53,663 nucleotides of DNA from an uncultured delta proteobacterium (lineage in GTDB: Bacteria > Desulfobacterota > Syntrophia > Syntrophales > Smithellaceae). The position numbers and the translations under genes are program-made. The stretch spans positions 1 through 53,663 of the forward strand of contig CAIVDK010000150.1 of NCBI GenBank assembly GCA_903904655.1, given 5' to 3'. Numbering within the stretch: the stretch's first letter is position 1; every line of letters begins with the position of its first letter. Below are positions 14,853 to 23,689 of this stretch, piece by piece. Below the pieces are notes generated by a model. It had not been told where the DNA came from, searched no databases, and saw nothing but the letters and a program-made list of their open reading frames with translations.

Positions 14853-17800
14853 TTATTTATTCCCTGAGCTAAACTCATCATTCATCGCCTTCATTGAATC
14901 AAATACTTCGTTTCCCGCCCTAGAAACATCAATCATCTGCATATAAAGAATGTCGATCATTTCCCTCTTTTCATCGCCGGACATTGAGGGATTGATATAA
15001 ATTGCGTTGATAAGTTTCCTAATGTTTCCGACGGCCTCAAAACTACCCTGAAGATTTACGGCGTTCATTTCCAAAAGTCTTAATGCGTCATCCGGCTTAT
15101 ATTCTTTCTCCATCAAAACCTTTGCCGTCTTTATGAGTTGATTCGATTTGTCGTAATTGTCATAAAACCGTTTGACGCTTTCGGCGTTGGCTGATGGATA
15201 CCGGACACTGAATGCCTTGATGAAAGGGATTTCAGAAAGCGTGGTTGTCGGCTTTTCATAATCCTGTTGGGTTATCCCTGCCGCTAAAAGTCCTTTATCG
15301 GCTATATTCAGCGCATACATCCCAAGACCGCCCGTCCATCCCCTTACAAGGTTTTCGATCTTTGCGGGGCTTGCCTGTTCGATTTTCCAAGGCAACTTTC
15401 CGATGATCTTCCCGATTTCTTTGGCTGTGTCTGTTGTGTACGGTCCATATTGATACTCTGGCAATAACTCAGTGCGGCCCCTGGGGACTATAGGCCGGTC
15501 AAAGAACGTGCTTTTATTGGCCCAATTTTCCATGATAGGTATTGCCGCCGTGGGTACAAATCCGGGAGTGGCTCCGCCGACAATCGTTTTCATTATGCCA
15601 TCGAAAGCGTGTGGGTCTTGATCAAGAATATAATGAGTTATTCTTTCGGGAACTGATCCGAATATAATGCCAAGTTCAAACGGTTTCGGGATGCGCCATA
15701 AATGATTTTCAGTCGGAATAATCCAAAAAAGATCACGTTCCCACGCAGGAACCTCCTTTATGCGCTCGTCATCATGCGTTGCTATTGCCAGAAGAACGGA
15801 TGGCAAGGTTATGGCCGCGGCCACCTTTGCAGACGTCCGGGCCGGATGCTCTTTGAATTCTTGCACCATCTTATCCATACCCTGCACCTGAGCATTCCAG
15901 AAGGCCGTTATGATATTGACACTCTTTCCGATTGTCCCGACTTTTGAGAAATCAAGGGTTATCTCGCGGGCAGCGAATGCAGCCGCCTGTATTCCTTCTT
16001 TTGTCTTTCCTTCCGCCTTAATACCTTTTTTAAACTCGCCTATTCTTGTTCCTTCCTCGCCAAGTTCCGAGGCAATTCTAAGCAATTCAATCGGGTTCTT
16101 GATCCGGTTAAGCACAGGGTATTTTGTAAGCGTCTGGTCAAGTTTATCCTGTAGGTAATCCCGGTCCATAGATACCAGCATGGAATGATCACCGCCGCCC
16201 TTCTTCCAATCCCAGAACATTTGGTCTTTCTTGGCCAGACTGAAGATGCCTTGTGCCAGATCGTATCCAGGGACGTATCCATACTTTGAATAGACGAGGG
16301 CAGAAAATTGATCTCTGAAAGGGTTGCGGGCTATAAATTCAGGCGTTAAAGTTGCGCCAGCACGGAGCCATGAAGCCGGTTTGCTGAGAACTTTCATCAA
16401 AAGATTAAGATTTTCCTTGTCCAGCGCCATGAAGGTTTTAGCAACATCTGGGTGAACCTCATAAAGTTTTCGGTCTCCTTTGTCCCAAACTGAAATGACG
16501 TTATCTTTCGGCATAAACGCTTGAGGACGGAAGATAGAAATGACGTTTTCAGGAACCTCGTCAATGCCAGCGTTTTTCAATTCATCCGGTTTTATCTTTA
16601 TTTCCTGCATGGGCGTCGGTATCTTTTCAATATACTTACCCATTCCTTCAGTATTTTCAGCAAGGTCAACCAACGCCCTACCTACCGCGTTTTTCTCCGC
16701 CGCATTAATATAGAGATAGGTATTTTTGATGATGGATTCCAGCGGGTCTTGAATGTCGCGCCATGATCCGGTTATTTTCTTGACCGGATTTCGCGCAATC
16801 ATGCCAACACCCACCCCGCCTTTCCCCGGTTTGTCGTCCATGATCCGATAAAGAGGAACATAATCCTCGTTCATCTGTTTGATCTGGTCATAGGTTTTCT
16901 GATCCATAACGCCACTGTCTTTGAGATATTGCAGCGTCTGATCTTGATACTCCTTTAATTCGTCAAAGGCTTTGCTGAATTTTTCGTCATAATCTTTTAT
17001 GACCTTTCGGGCATCGGCAGGCAAGACACCTGTTTCAATCTTCCGGCGCTCAAGGTCGATTGTCCGACGTGAAACAATATACCCCCGGAAAGCGTCCAGG
17101 TCTTTTCGCATGGGCGCAAGAATGTCTTTGAGTGACTTCCCTACGTCCTCGTATGTCTTAAACTTGAACGGAGCGTGGTCAATGAAAGCATCCGCCTTGC
17201 CGGTGTACCCCCGCAGGAGTCGCGCCAAAATATAAGGATCATCGGCCGGTTTCAGGTCTTTCCCCTTGGCCATCTCATCCACCACTTTTTTCAAAGGGAA
17301 AAGGTCGTCAACCGTGGCCGTGTAAAGTTTATCAAATGAAAATTCCCGCTGCTTTTTTGCACCTATGGATACCTGAGACAAAACTCTTTGCAATTCAGGC
17401 TGTTTCAGCCATCGGTCATATTGTTTACGGGCTTCTAGTAATATCTCTTTCGTTTCCGGAGATTTGTTTTGCAGTTCCTTTTCAAAATGTTCGTAGAATT
17501 GCGGCGCTTTATCCCTGGCCATCTGCTGATCGGTTACATAAAGACGGATGAACTCAGCGAACCCTTCTGGTGTAACGTCCTGTCCTGCCTTTGGTTGTGT
17601 CGCCATCGGGTCAAGTTCGTTCTTGAAAGCCGAAAAAGGACGCGCAGCAAGGCCGGATTGTGTGACGGTTTCCGGGTAAATAAATTTTTGAATGGCGTGG
17701 CCGATTTCGTGGGCAATGACTTCAATGTCGTTTGCTTTTTCTGTGCGGATAACTTCCGGGCGCAGTTTGAATATACCAAGCGCCTGATCACGAAAGCGCC

Positions 17801-19364
17801 CTGTTCTAATGGGAATATCCAGCTTTTCATTGAGAAAGCGTACAAGGTCGCTGCGGCGGGTTATCTCGTCGGTCTTTTCTGCCTTGTCCGGCGGTCTGCG
17901 GAAATTGGCTTCGGGAGCAAATTTAATATTGATGTTTTCGTTGGTCTGCTGTATATTATTATCAACTCCCGCACCCACATCAGAACGGCTACCGGAGGTC
18001 TGATGTGCGTAGTCCCGTAGGTTGTTAGATTCCTCGGGAACACCGGGGGTTTTTTCTTTCCATCCAGTTAATAACCACGTTTCTTCCTTACCTTGTTTGT
18101 ATAAAGATAAAACAGCTTCATGATCGCCATACTTTATGTTGACACGCTGCCCTTGCGGTGGACCATAAATTTCACCCACGTCTCCTTTGATAATAACCTC
18201 GGGCATCATGCGAGCAATTTCTCCGCCGTTTAAGCCTTCCGAATTTCGCTTGGCGATAATATGAGCAATGCCATTGCCGTCACTATATTTTTTGTTCGGA
18301 TTTCCTTCATTACCCCAATAAAATGATATTCCGCCAAGGTCTTCTCTATAGATTGCGTTTAGGATATCAGTCTTTTTATTAATAACCTCATCTATTGCGC
18401 GTTGCCCTGATTGTATCGCTAATTCAGGGTAGTTTTTTAAGGCTTCTGCTGGCACTGTTTTTTTGTCGGATAATGCCTGTTTTATTTCTGCCTCCGTTGT
18501 GGAAGACCAATCCTGTGTTTGTTCAGTTTTTGCCGGTTCTCCCGCCTTCTGCCGAACAATATCTTTTTCAAGGTTCGCCTTGATGTCATTCAGCCCGATT
18601 TTACCGCCAGGACTCGTCAAGGAATAGATCGCACCCGTTGCTGCTGCCTTTGCCACTTCCCGCGCATCACCACCCTCTGCCGCCGTCTGTAATCCAAAAA
18701 CTCCGCCCATCATTGGCGCACGGAGGTATTGCTTAAATGGCCCCATGGCGTGAAACACCGCCCCCAAAGTCCCGCGTTTTGCACCTTCTATAAGTGCTCC
18801 CGCAACTTCGCCGCGTCCCTTATCATCCGCAGTAGCCGCACCGAGAATAGCAGCATAAGGGACGTTTAAAACAAACTCTGCAATGCCTGGTATTGCCCCG
18901 CCTGTCACTTCGCCGAAAAACTCTTGCAGGAACGTGGCCCCGTTGTCTTGAGCCTGCTTCTGCCAATAATCGGCGTTCTCGTTGTATTTTTTAGACCATT
19001 CTCCAAAGGCCCCGCCCTTTTTCAGGCCGGTTTTCTTTTCAACGTAATCAGCAATATGATCAAGGTGAGTTGCAAAAACCGCCGTGCCTCTGTTTAAAGA
19101 AGACGCTGCCGAATAACCGACGTTTTCCCATGGTTGCGTGAAGGGATGGAGTACAGAAGCAAATGACTTTTTTGTTTCTGCGATTTTTTCAGGATTTACA
19201 TCACCCATCATGTTGAATTCACCTTCAAAGTCAAAGGGCATGGGTTCAGGTTCAGGCTTCTTTGCCATGATCGGTTGTTCATCCAACTGAATAGAACCAG
19301 CCGTGACAACCTGGGGCGGCTGCTTGTCAAGCTGAATAGAATTCGCGTTTATAATTTCCGGCAT
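14853..19364 (-). CDS. Large polyvalent internal virion protein (1503 aa; zincin HEIGH motif, nuclease-like module, LPD38-like C-terminal region)
   Basis: HEIGH is encoded at 17697-17711. The region GNGIAHIIAKRNSEG...WLLTGWKEK resembles phage BECR-type RNase modules. The long C-terminal region is typical of polyvalent proteins of phages and conjugative elements. Family names are from memory. Confidence 0.65.
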   Translation of the reverse strand: MPEIINANSIQLDKQPPQVVTAGSIQLDEQPIMAKKPEPEPMPFDFEGEFNMMGDVNPEKIAETKKSFASVLHPFTQPWENVGYSAASSLNRGTAVFATHLDHIADYVEKKTGLKKGGAFGEWSKKYNENADYWQKQAQDNGATFLQEFFGEVTGGAIPGIAEFVLNVPYAAILGAATADDKGRGEVAGALIEGAKRGTLGAVFHAMGPFKQYLRAPMMGGVFGLQTAAEGGDAREVAKAAATGAIYSLTSPGGKIGLNDIKANLEKDIVRQKAGEPAKTEQTQDWSSTTEAEIKQALSDKKTVPAEALKNYPELAIQSGQRAIDEVINKKTDILNAIYREDLGGISFYWGNEGNPNKKYSDGNGIAHIIAKRNSEGLNGGEIARMMPEVIIKGDVGEIYGPPQGQRVNIKYGDHEAVLSLYKQGKEETWLLTGWKEKTPGVPEESNNLRDYAHQTSGSRSDVGAGVDNNIQQTNENINIKFAPEANFRRPPDKAEKTDEITRRSDLVRFLNEKLDIPIRTGRFRDQALGIFKLRPEVIRTEKANDIEVIAHEIGHAIQKFIYPETVTQSGLAARPFSAFKNELDPMATQPKAGQDVTPEGFAEFIRLYVTDQQMARDKAPQFYEHFEKELQNKSPETKEILLEARKQYDRWLKQPELQRVLSQVSIGAKKQREFSFDKLYTATVDDLFPLKKVVDEMAKGKDLKPADDPYILARLLRGYTGKADAFIDHAPFKFKTYEDVGKSLKDILAPMRKDLDAFRGYIVSRRTIDLERRKIETGVLPADARKVIKDYDEKFSKAFDELKEYQDQTLQYLKDSGVMDQKTYDQIKQMNEDYVPLYRIMDDKPGKGGVGVGMIARNPVKKITGSWRDIQDPLESIIKNTYLYINAAEKNAVGRALVDLAENTEGMGKYIEKIPTPMQEIKIKPDELKNAGIDEVPENVISIFRPQAFMPKDNVISVWDKGDRKLYEVHPDVAKTFMALDKENLNLLMKVLSKPASWLRAGATLTPEFIARNPFRDQFSALVYSKYGYVPGYDLAQGIFSLAKKDQMFWDWKKGGGDHSMLVSMDRDYLQDKLDQTLTKYPVLNRIKNPIELLRIASELGEEGTRIGEFKKGIKAEGKTKEGIQAAAFAAREITLDFSKVGTIGKSVNIITAFWNAQVQGMDKMVQEFKEHPARTSAKVAAAITLPSVLLAIATHDDERIKEVPAWERDLFWIIPTENHLWRIPKPFELGIIFGSVPERITHYILDQDPHAFDGIMKTIVGGATPGFVPTAAIPIMENWANKSTFFDRPIVPRGRTELLPEYQYGPYTTDTAKEIGKIIGKLPWKIEQASPAKIENLVRGWTGGLGMYALNIADKGLLAAGITQQDYEKPTTTLSEIPFIKAFSVRYPSANAESVKRFYDNYDKSNQLIKTAKVLMEKEYKPDDALRLLEMNAVNLQGSFEAVGNIRKLINAIYINPSMSGDEKREMIDILYMQMIDVSRAGNEVFDSMKAMNDEFSSGNK

Positions 19365-20380
19365 TATTCACCAACCTGCCATTTTCCGTTTCCAAGATCA
19401 TAAACGGGTTTGCCGTCTTTGTAGCCGACGATTCTTTTCTGTTGGTTTTGGGACTGCTCTTTAATACCCGTCCGTTTAGCCTTTGCCGTACGCTGTGCCG
19501 CCGTAACCGCGTCCATCTGGTCATAGATGGTCATGTTGTAGGTTTGGGCTATGGATTTGCTTGTTTTTTCGATAAATTCAGGGGTTATCTTTTCGCCTTT
19601 TTTTCTTGCGTCGGATACTGCTTTTTCATAGGCCATGCCAGCTTCCAAGAACTTCTGGGCCTCTGCCGGTTTTGCCGCCGTAATCATTGTTTGAGAAGGC
19701 ATGACCACTGATTTGATATAGTCCATGCCCTTCTTTGTGACTCCCGCCTCGTATTTGTCCTCTTGCCCTTCGGCAAGACGAACAAAGTCTTTCTTGTCAG
19801 AAAAAGACAACCCACCTGTTACAAATATTTCATTCCTAATTTTTACAAGAGCATCGGGATCGCCTGCCGAATCTTTAATTTTTATATAAGTGCGGTACCA
19901 CGTCCACGGATCAGATGGTCCGCCAGTTAATGCCTCTTTTTTCTGCTGCTTAAAGTGTTCACCAAGCTGATATGATAAATCTCCGCGCTGAACCATTTGC
20001 TCGATTTTACCTAACGATGTTTTGTTAATATTTAAAAATACTTCTGTAGCATTTTTGTTCCAGCGGACGTTATCAGCCTTTTCTTTGTCTAATTGCGCTG
20101 CTGATATTTTTGCTTTTACATAAAAGGATTCCTCAAGATTAAGCCCAAGCGATTTTTGAGAACCCGGTTTACTAAGTTCCTCATCCATCGCCGTGAAATT
20201 TCCGTTATATTTTGCATATAACGAAGCGTAAGCATCTGTGATACGTTCATCCTTGCCCAAACTCTGCGCTTGTTTCTGAAATCCTTTGAAGTTTTCTTCA
20301 GTCATCATGTTATTGTATTTTCCCGATTTAATGACCTCCACGGCTTTTTTCGGATTGGAAACAGCGGTGATCAAATACAC
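19364..20380 (-). CDS. Phage protein of unknown function (possibly an N-terminally truncated virion protein)
   Basis: This long ORF shares 1 nt between its stop and the start of the 1503-aa gene (TAATG). The real start is uncertain: GTG 20380, or ATG 20311/20308 (MMTEENF). Confidence 0.5.
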   Translation of the reverse strand: MYLITAVSNPKKAVEVIKSGKYNNMMTEENFKGFQKQAQSLGKDERITDAYASLYAKYNGNFTAMDEELSKPGSQKSLGLNLEESFYVKAKISAAQLDKEKADNVRWNKNATEVFLNINKTSLGKIEQMVQRGDLSYQLGEHFKQQKKEALTGGPSDPWTWYRTYIKIKDSAGDPDALVKIRNEIFVTGGLSFSDKKDFVRLAEGQEDKYEAGVTKKGMDYIKSVVMPSQTMITAAKPAEAQKFLEAGMAYEKAVSDARKKGEKITPEFIEKTSKSIAQTYNMTIYDQMDAVTAAQRTAKAKRTGIKEQSQNQQKRIVGYKDGKPVYDLGNGKWQVGE

Positions 20381-21422
20381 CCGCGCCGATGCACTGGCAG
20401 AAAAAGCGATTATTCCCCTTCAATTTCATCTTTCCGATGGATCTGCAGAATGGGAAGACAACCGGGGGCGAAAGGTCCGTGTTGCCAGCATGGATAAGAT
20501 GAGTGAGGCCGACGCGAACAAAGCCCTCTATACTGCCCTGAAGACTGAATACGCTGATCACCTTCTTTCGTCCGGAATTGCTCACTGGCAGGAACACCGG
20601 AAAAAATACCCGAGCGCAAAATGCGTTATCGTTACATCGAATATCAAAGAAGCAAAAAGGCACATTGCAAACCTTTCCGGAATATCCGCCCGCTGCGATA
20701 TCGCCACTTCTGACGATTCAGACGAGGCCCTGAAGGTAATAAATAAGATGAAGGCAGGTAAGCTCGACGTGCTGGTATCTGTGGCCATGGTTTATGAAGG
20801 GCTGTCTATACCCGAAATTAGTCACATTATCTGCCTGACGCGGATACGCTCAGTGCCCTGGATTGAGCAAATGACCGCCAGGGCGAACCGGATCGACCCG
20901 TCCGCGGGACCATACGACGAACAGATAGGCCACATCTTCGCGCCGGCCGATCCGCTTTTTAAACAGGTTATGCAGAAAATCGAAGCAGAACAAGCGCCTG
21001 TCATGCAAGAAAGATCCTCGCGTTCTTCGCGCGAGGGCTCAGAGGATGGCGGGTTTCGCCTGGAACCGGCCCCCGGGGGAATTATCCCGCTATCCTCTGC
21101 CATGACCGGGCGGCGTGACATAGTTTTAAGTCAACGGGAAATCCCTTTGACCCCTGAAAAGACAGCATCGGAACGGGAAGCGGAATTGCGGGAAATGATT
21201 GATAGCCACATCAAACGGTTTGCCTACCAGTGCAGATACATGCCGCAGAAGTTGAACACGGACATTTATCAGTATTTTGGGAAGCCTCGGGCTCAAATGA
21301 CCATACCTGAGCTGGAAAGATGTTTGAAACACGTCCAGCAGACCTACCCTCTTTCGTTTGTGCGCGGGACAGGGCGCCGGGTATCGACAAAAGCAGAACC
21401 TATTAACTGTGTGTGGAGGTAA
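20286..21422 (+). pseudogene. 5'-truncated SF2 (DEAD/SNF2-like) helicase: C-terminal RecA-like domain only
   Basis: KCVIVTSNIKEAKRH...LDVLVSVAMVYEGLSIPEISHIICLTRIRSVPWIEQMTARANR corresponds to helicase motifs IV-VI. Walker A and DExH motifs are absent. The space where they should lie is occupied by the divergent minus-strand ORF. Confidence 0.6.
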
Positions 21423-21426
21423 GGGA

Positions 21427-21687
21427 ATGGCGAGACACGAATTAAAGACAGATTCGGAAGTATTTCAGGCTACCAGGGACGAAATAAAAAAATTTGAGCT
21501 ACGTTTTGATGATCGAGGTTTCGAGGTTGGCGATGAACTTTTACTCAAAGAAACATTTTATACCGGCGAAGAAATGAAGCTCGGTAAACCGCTCACGTAT
21601 ACCGGACGGGAAATTTTAATTTTTGTCAATTATATTCTTCGCGGCCCCTGTTACGGATTAAAAGAGGGATGGGTGATTTTATCATGA
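21427..21687 (+). CDS. DUF3850-like (ASCH/PUA-like fold) small protein
   Basis: I start at ATG 21427 after GGAGGTAAGGGA. MARHELKTDSEVFQATRDEIKKFELRFDDRGFEVGDELLLKE matches my recollection of the DUF3850 family. Confidence 0.6.
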   Translation: MARHELKTDSEVFQATRDEIKKFELRFDDRGFEVGDELLLKETFYTGEEMKLGKPLTYTGREILIFVNYILRGPCYGLKEGWVILS

Positions 21688-22490
21688 TTGATATCAACAA
21701 AGGACGTTATTGGGATGAAGGAATCACCCTTGTAAGTTCCTGTACGAAATGTAGCCCTGGTTGTGATCACTGCTGGGCGCTGGCAATGGAACAGAGATTT
21801 AAACCGGAATTTAAAAACCAAGTTCAATGTCACCCTGAACGTCTGAAGCGTTTTAACACTCGCAAGCCGAAAGTGTTTGCTGTCTGGAATGACCTCTTTC
21901 ATGAGGCTGTACCGGATGAGTTTATCCATGATGTTTATTGGAAAATGTATCGTGAGCCTCAAAACACATATTTGATATTAACAAAACGCCCACAGCGAAT
22001 GCTGGAATATAAACAAAGTCCTCATAGACCGTTGCCTAACAAGATATGGCATGGCCTAACCGTCTGCAATCAACAGGAAGCCGACGAGAAAATCCCGATC
22101 TTTCTACGGGTGCCGGGAAAGAAGTTTCTTTCGATCGAGCCGATGTTGGCGCCGATCAATATTCAACTTGAACTTTTGCAAATGGGAAATCTTGGAGAAG
22201 ACGGCCGGGGTCATCGAATGGCCTCTGATAATATTGACGCTGTGCTTCTCGGCGGAGAAACAGGCCCCGGAGCAAGGCCGATGCAAATTGAATGGGTCCG
22301 GTCGATAAGAGATCAATGTCAAGGCGCAAATGTCCCTTTTTTCTTCAAAGGCTGGGGGAAGTGGGGCGTGAACTGGATGAATGACGATAACGGAATGATT
22401 GCCGGTTCGGAGTGGATGGACAAAGGAATTAAAAAATCAGGTCGCGTTCTGGACGGCCGGACACATGACGATTTACCGTGGGTGAAATAA
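21684..22490 (+). CDS. Phage Gp37/Gp68-family protein (DUF5131) with CX3CX2C motif
   Basis: ATG 21684 overlaps the upstream stop (ATGA). The N-terminus WDEGITLVSSCTKCSPGCDHCWA and the C-terminus GGETGPGARPMQIEWVRSIRDQC are characteristic of PF07505-type proteins. Confidence 0.75.
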   Translation: MIDINKGRYWDEGITLVSSCTKCSPGCDHCWALAMEQRFKPEFKNQVQCHPERLKRFNTRKPKVFAVWNDLFHEAVPDEFIHDVYWKMYREPQNTYLILTKRPQRMLEYKQSPHRPLPNKIWHGLTVCNQQEADEKIPIFLRVPGKKFLSIEPMLAPINIQLELLQMGNLGEDGRGHRMASDNIDAVLLGGETGPGARPMQIEWVRSIRDQCQGANVPFFFKGWGKWGVNWMNDDNGMIAGSEWMDKGIKKSGRVLDGRTHDDLPWVK

Positions 22491-22493
22491 TTG

Positions 22494-23681
22494 ATGTTGA
22501 CCGCCGCCCCGAAATATGTTGAGCATTCCTCACTTGGGGGAGTTATGGGATTTAACGGCGGGACTGTTCAGCCGCATGGCAACCGTTTTTATGTGCAGTT
22601 GTATTGGAATGGCTCAACAGAAAAGTTCTGGTCTGTCCTGATTCAAGGACAGTGGCATCCAATCAAAAATCATGAAAACGGCGAGAAACTTCTTTTCGCT
22701 ATCAGGGAAGAAATAGACCGTGACCGCGAAGGATTTGACCCGCGCTCGTTTCGCCCAGGTAATCCGCTTTGCATTGATGTTTATTATAAAACATGGATAT
22801 CTCAGATTGACGTTACCATAAAAACGAAGCGGGATTACAAAACAGCAATCGTTAAACACGCAATTCCTTTTTTCGGCGCAGACAAAGATATTCGCAAATT
22901 TCGCATGACTGAATTTACAACATTTCAGAAGAAACTCCCCCTATCAGAAAAAGGAAAATACAACGTCATGGGCGCACTCAAGGCAATGGTCAAATGGGCG
23001 CACCTTAACGAAGAAATTAAGAACATGCCGCCATTTCCGAAGATGAAACAAGGCGAATCTCCGGAAATCGAATATCTGACTATTGAACAGCAAGACAAAG
23101 TGTTGGCCGAAATTCCCGCGCTGGATGCGCCTATTTTCCGCTTTTCTATGGAATACGGCCTTCGGGTAGGGGAAGCCAGAGCGATCAAACGCGACGCCAT
23201 TAAAAATGGCAAGGTCTATATTAAAAGAGCATTCTCAGATAATAACTTGAGAGAATCGACAAAAACCGGCGAAGTCCGCGCCTATGACCTCACGCCGACG
23301 GCGCAAGACATCATCGGCCACATCGATGTCGTCACGCCCTACCTTTTCGCCAGAGGCGACGGAAAGCCATATACAAATAAAAACCTAAACCGGATATGGC
23401 ACGAAGCCTGCCGAAAAGCCGGGATTGAAATCAAACTGTATAATGCCATACGGCATAGCCTTGGATGTCAGTTGCTGGACGAAGGACACGATCTGTCTTT
23501 GGTTCAGGAAGTGCTGGGACATAAGAACGCTGACATGACAAAACGCTATGCAAAACGCACAGCTAAGAAGATCGGCCAAGTGCTTTCAATGCGCCGATCC
23601 GCTTGCGGTAGAGTTGCGGTAGAGAATACAGAAAATACAGAAACAAAATCAAATACTTATGGTGGAGGCGGCGGGAATTGA
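22494..23681 (+). CDS. int: Tyrosine recombinase (phage integrase)
   Basis: GLRVGEARAI (Arg box), HSLGCQLL, LGHKNADMTKRYAK (catalytic Tyr) are present. The gene is immediately adjacent to ssrA, and its last codons and stop lie inside the 31-bp att repeat. An alternative start is ATG 22545. Confidence 0.9.
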   Translation: MLTAAPKYVEHSSLGGVMGFNGGTVQPHGNRFYVQLYWNGSTEKFWSVLIQGQWHPIKNHENGEKLLFAIREEIDRDREGFDPRSFRPGNPLCIDVYYKTWISQIDVTIKTKRDYKTAIVKHAIPFFGADKDIRKFRMTEFTTFQKKLPLSEKGKYNVMGALKAMVKWAHLNEEIKNMPPFPKMKQGESPEIEYLTIEQQDKVLAEIPALDAPIFRFSMEYGLRVGEARAIKRDAIKNGKVYIKRAFSDNNLRESTKTGEVRAYDLTPTAQDIIGHIDVVTPYLFARGDGKPYTNKNLNRIWHEACRKAGIEIKLYNAIRHSLGCQLLDEGHDLSLVQEVLGHKNADMTKRYAKRTAKKIGQVLSMRRSACGRVAVENTENTETKSNTYGGGGGN

Positions 23682-23689
23682 ACCCGCGT
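23659..23689 (-). repeat. attR: 31-nt att core forming the 3' end of the intact tmRNA
   Basis: It is identical to 9214-9244. Confidence 0.85.

Larger units (their letters stand above)
9214..23689. mobile_element. ssrA-integrated, degraded podovirus-like prophage (~14.4 kb between 31-bp direct repeats)
   Basis: It is bounded by an exact direct repeat of the tmRNA 3' end. A tyrosine integrase abuts the intact ssrA. Phage lysis, tailspike/fibre and internal-virion genes are present. No ORF resembles a capsid, portal or terminase, and the helicase is truncated. Confidence 0.8.

Noticed and set aside
11294-14881. A diversity-generating retroelement targeting the LamG/beta-helix receptor-binding proteins.
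   Set aside because: No reverse transcriptase ORF, and no template/variable repeat pair, is detectable anywhere in the element.
9214-23689. An intact, inducible small phage or a capsid-hijacking satellite.
   Set aside because: I could not support either. No capsid, portal, terminase, primase or excisionase is recognisable, and a helicase is truncated. The satellite idea is kept only as a caveat in the prophage finding.
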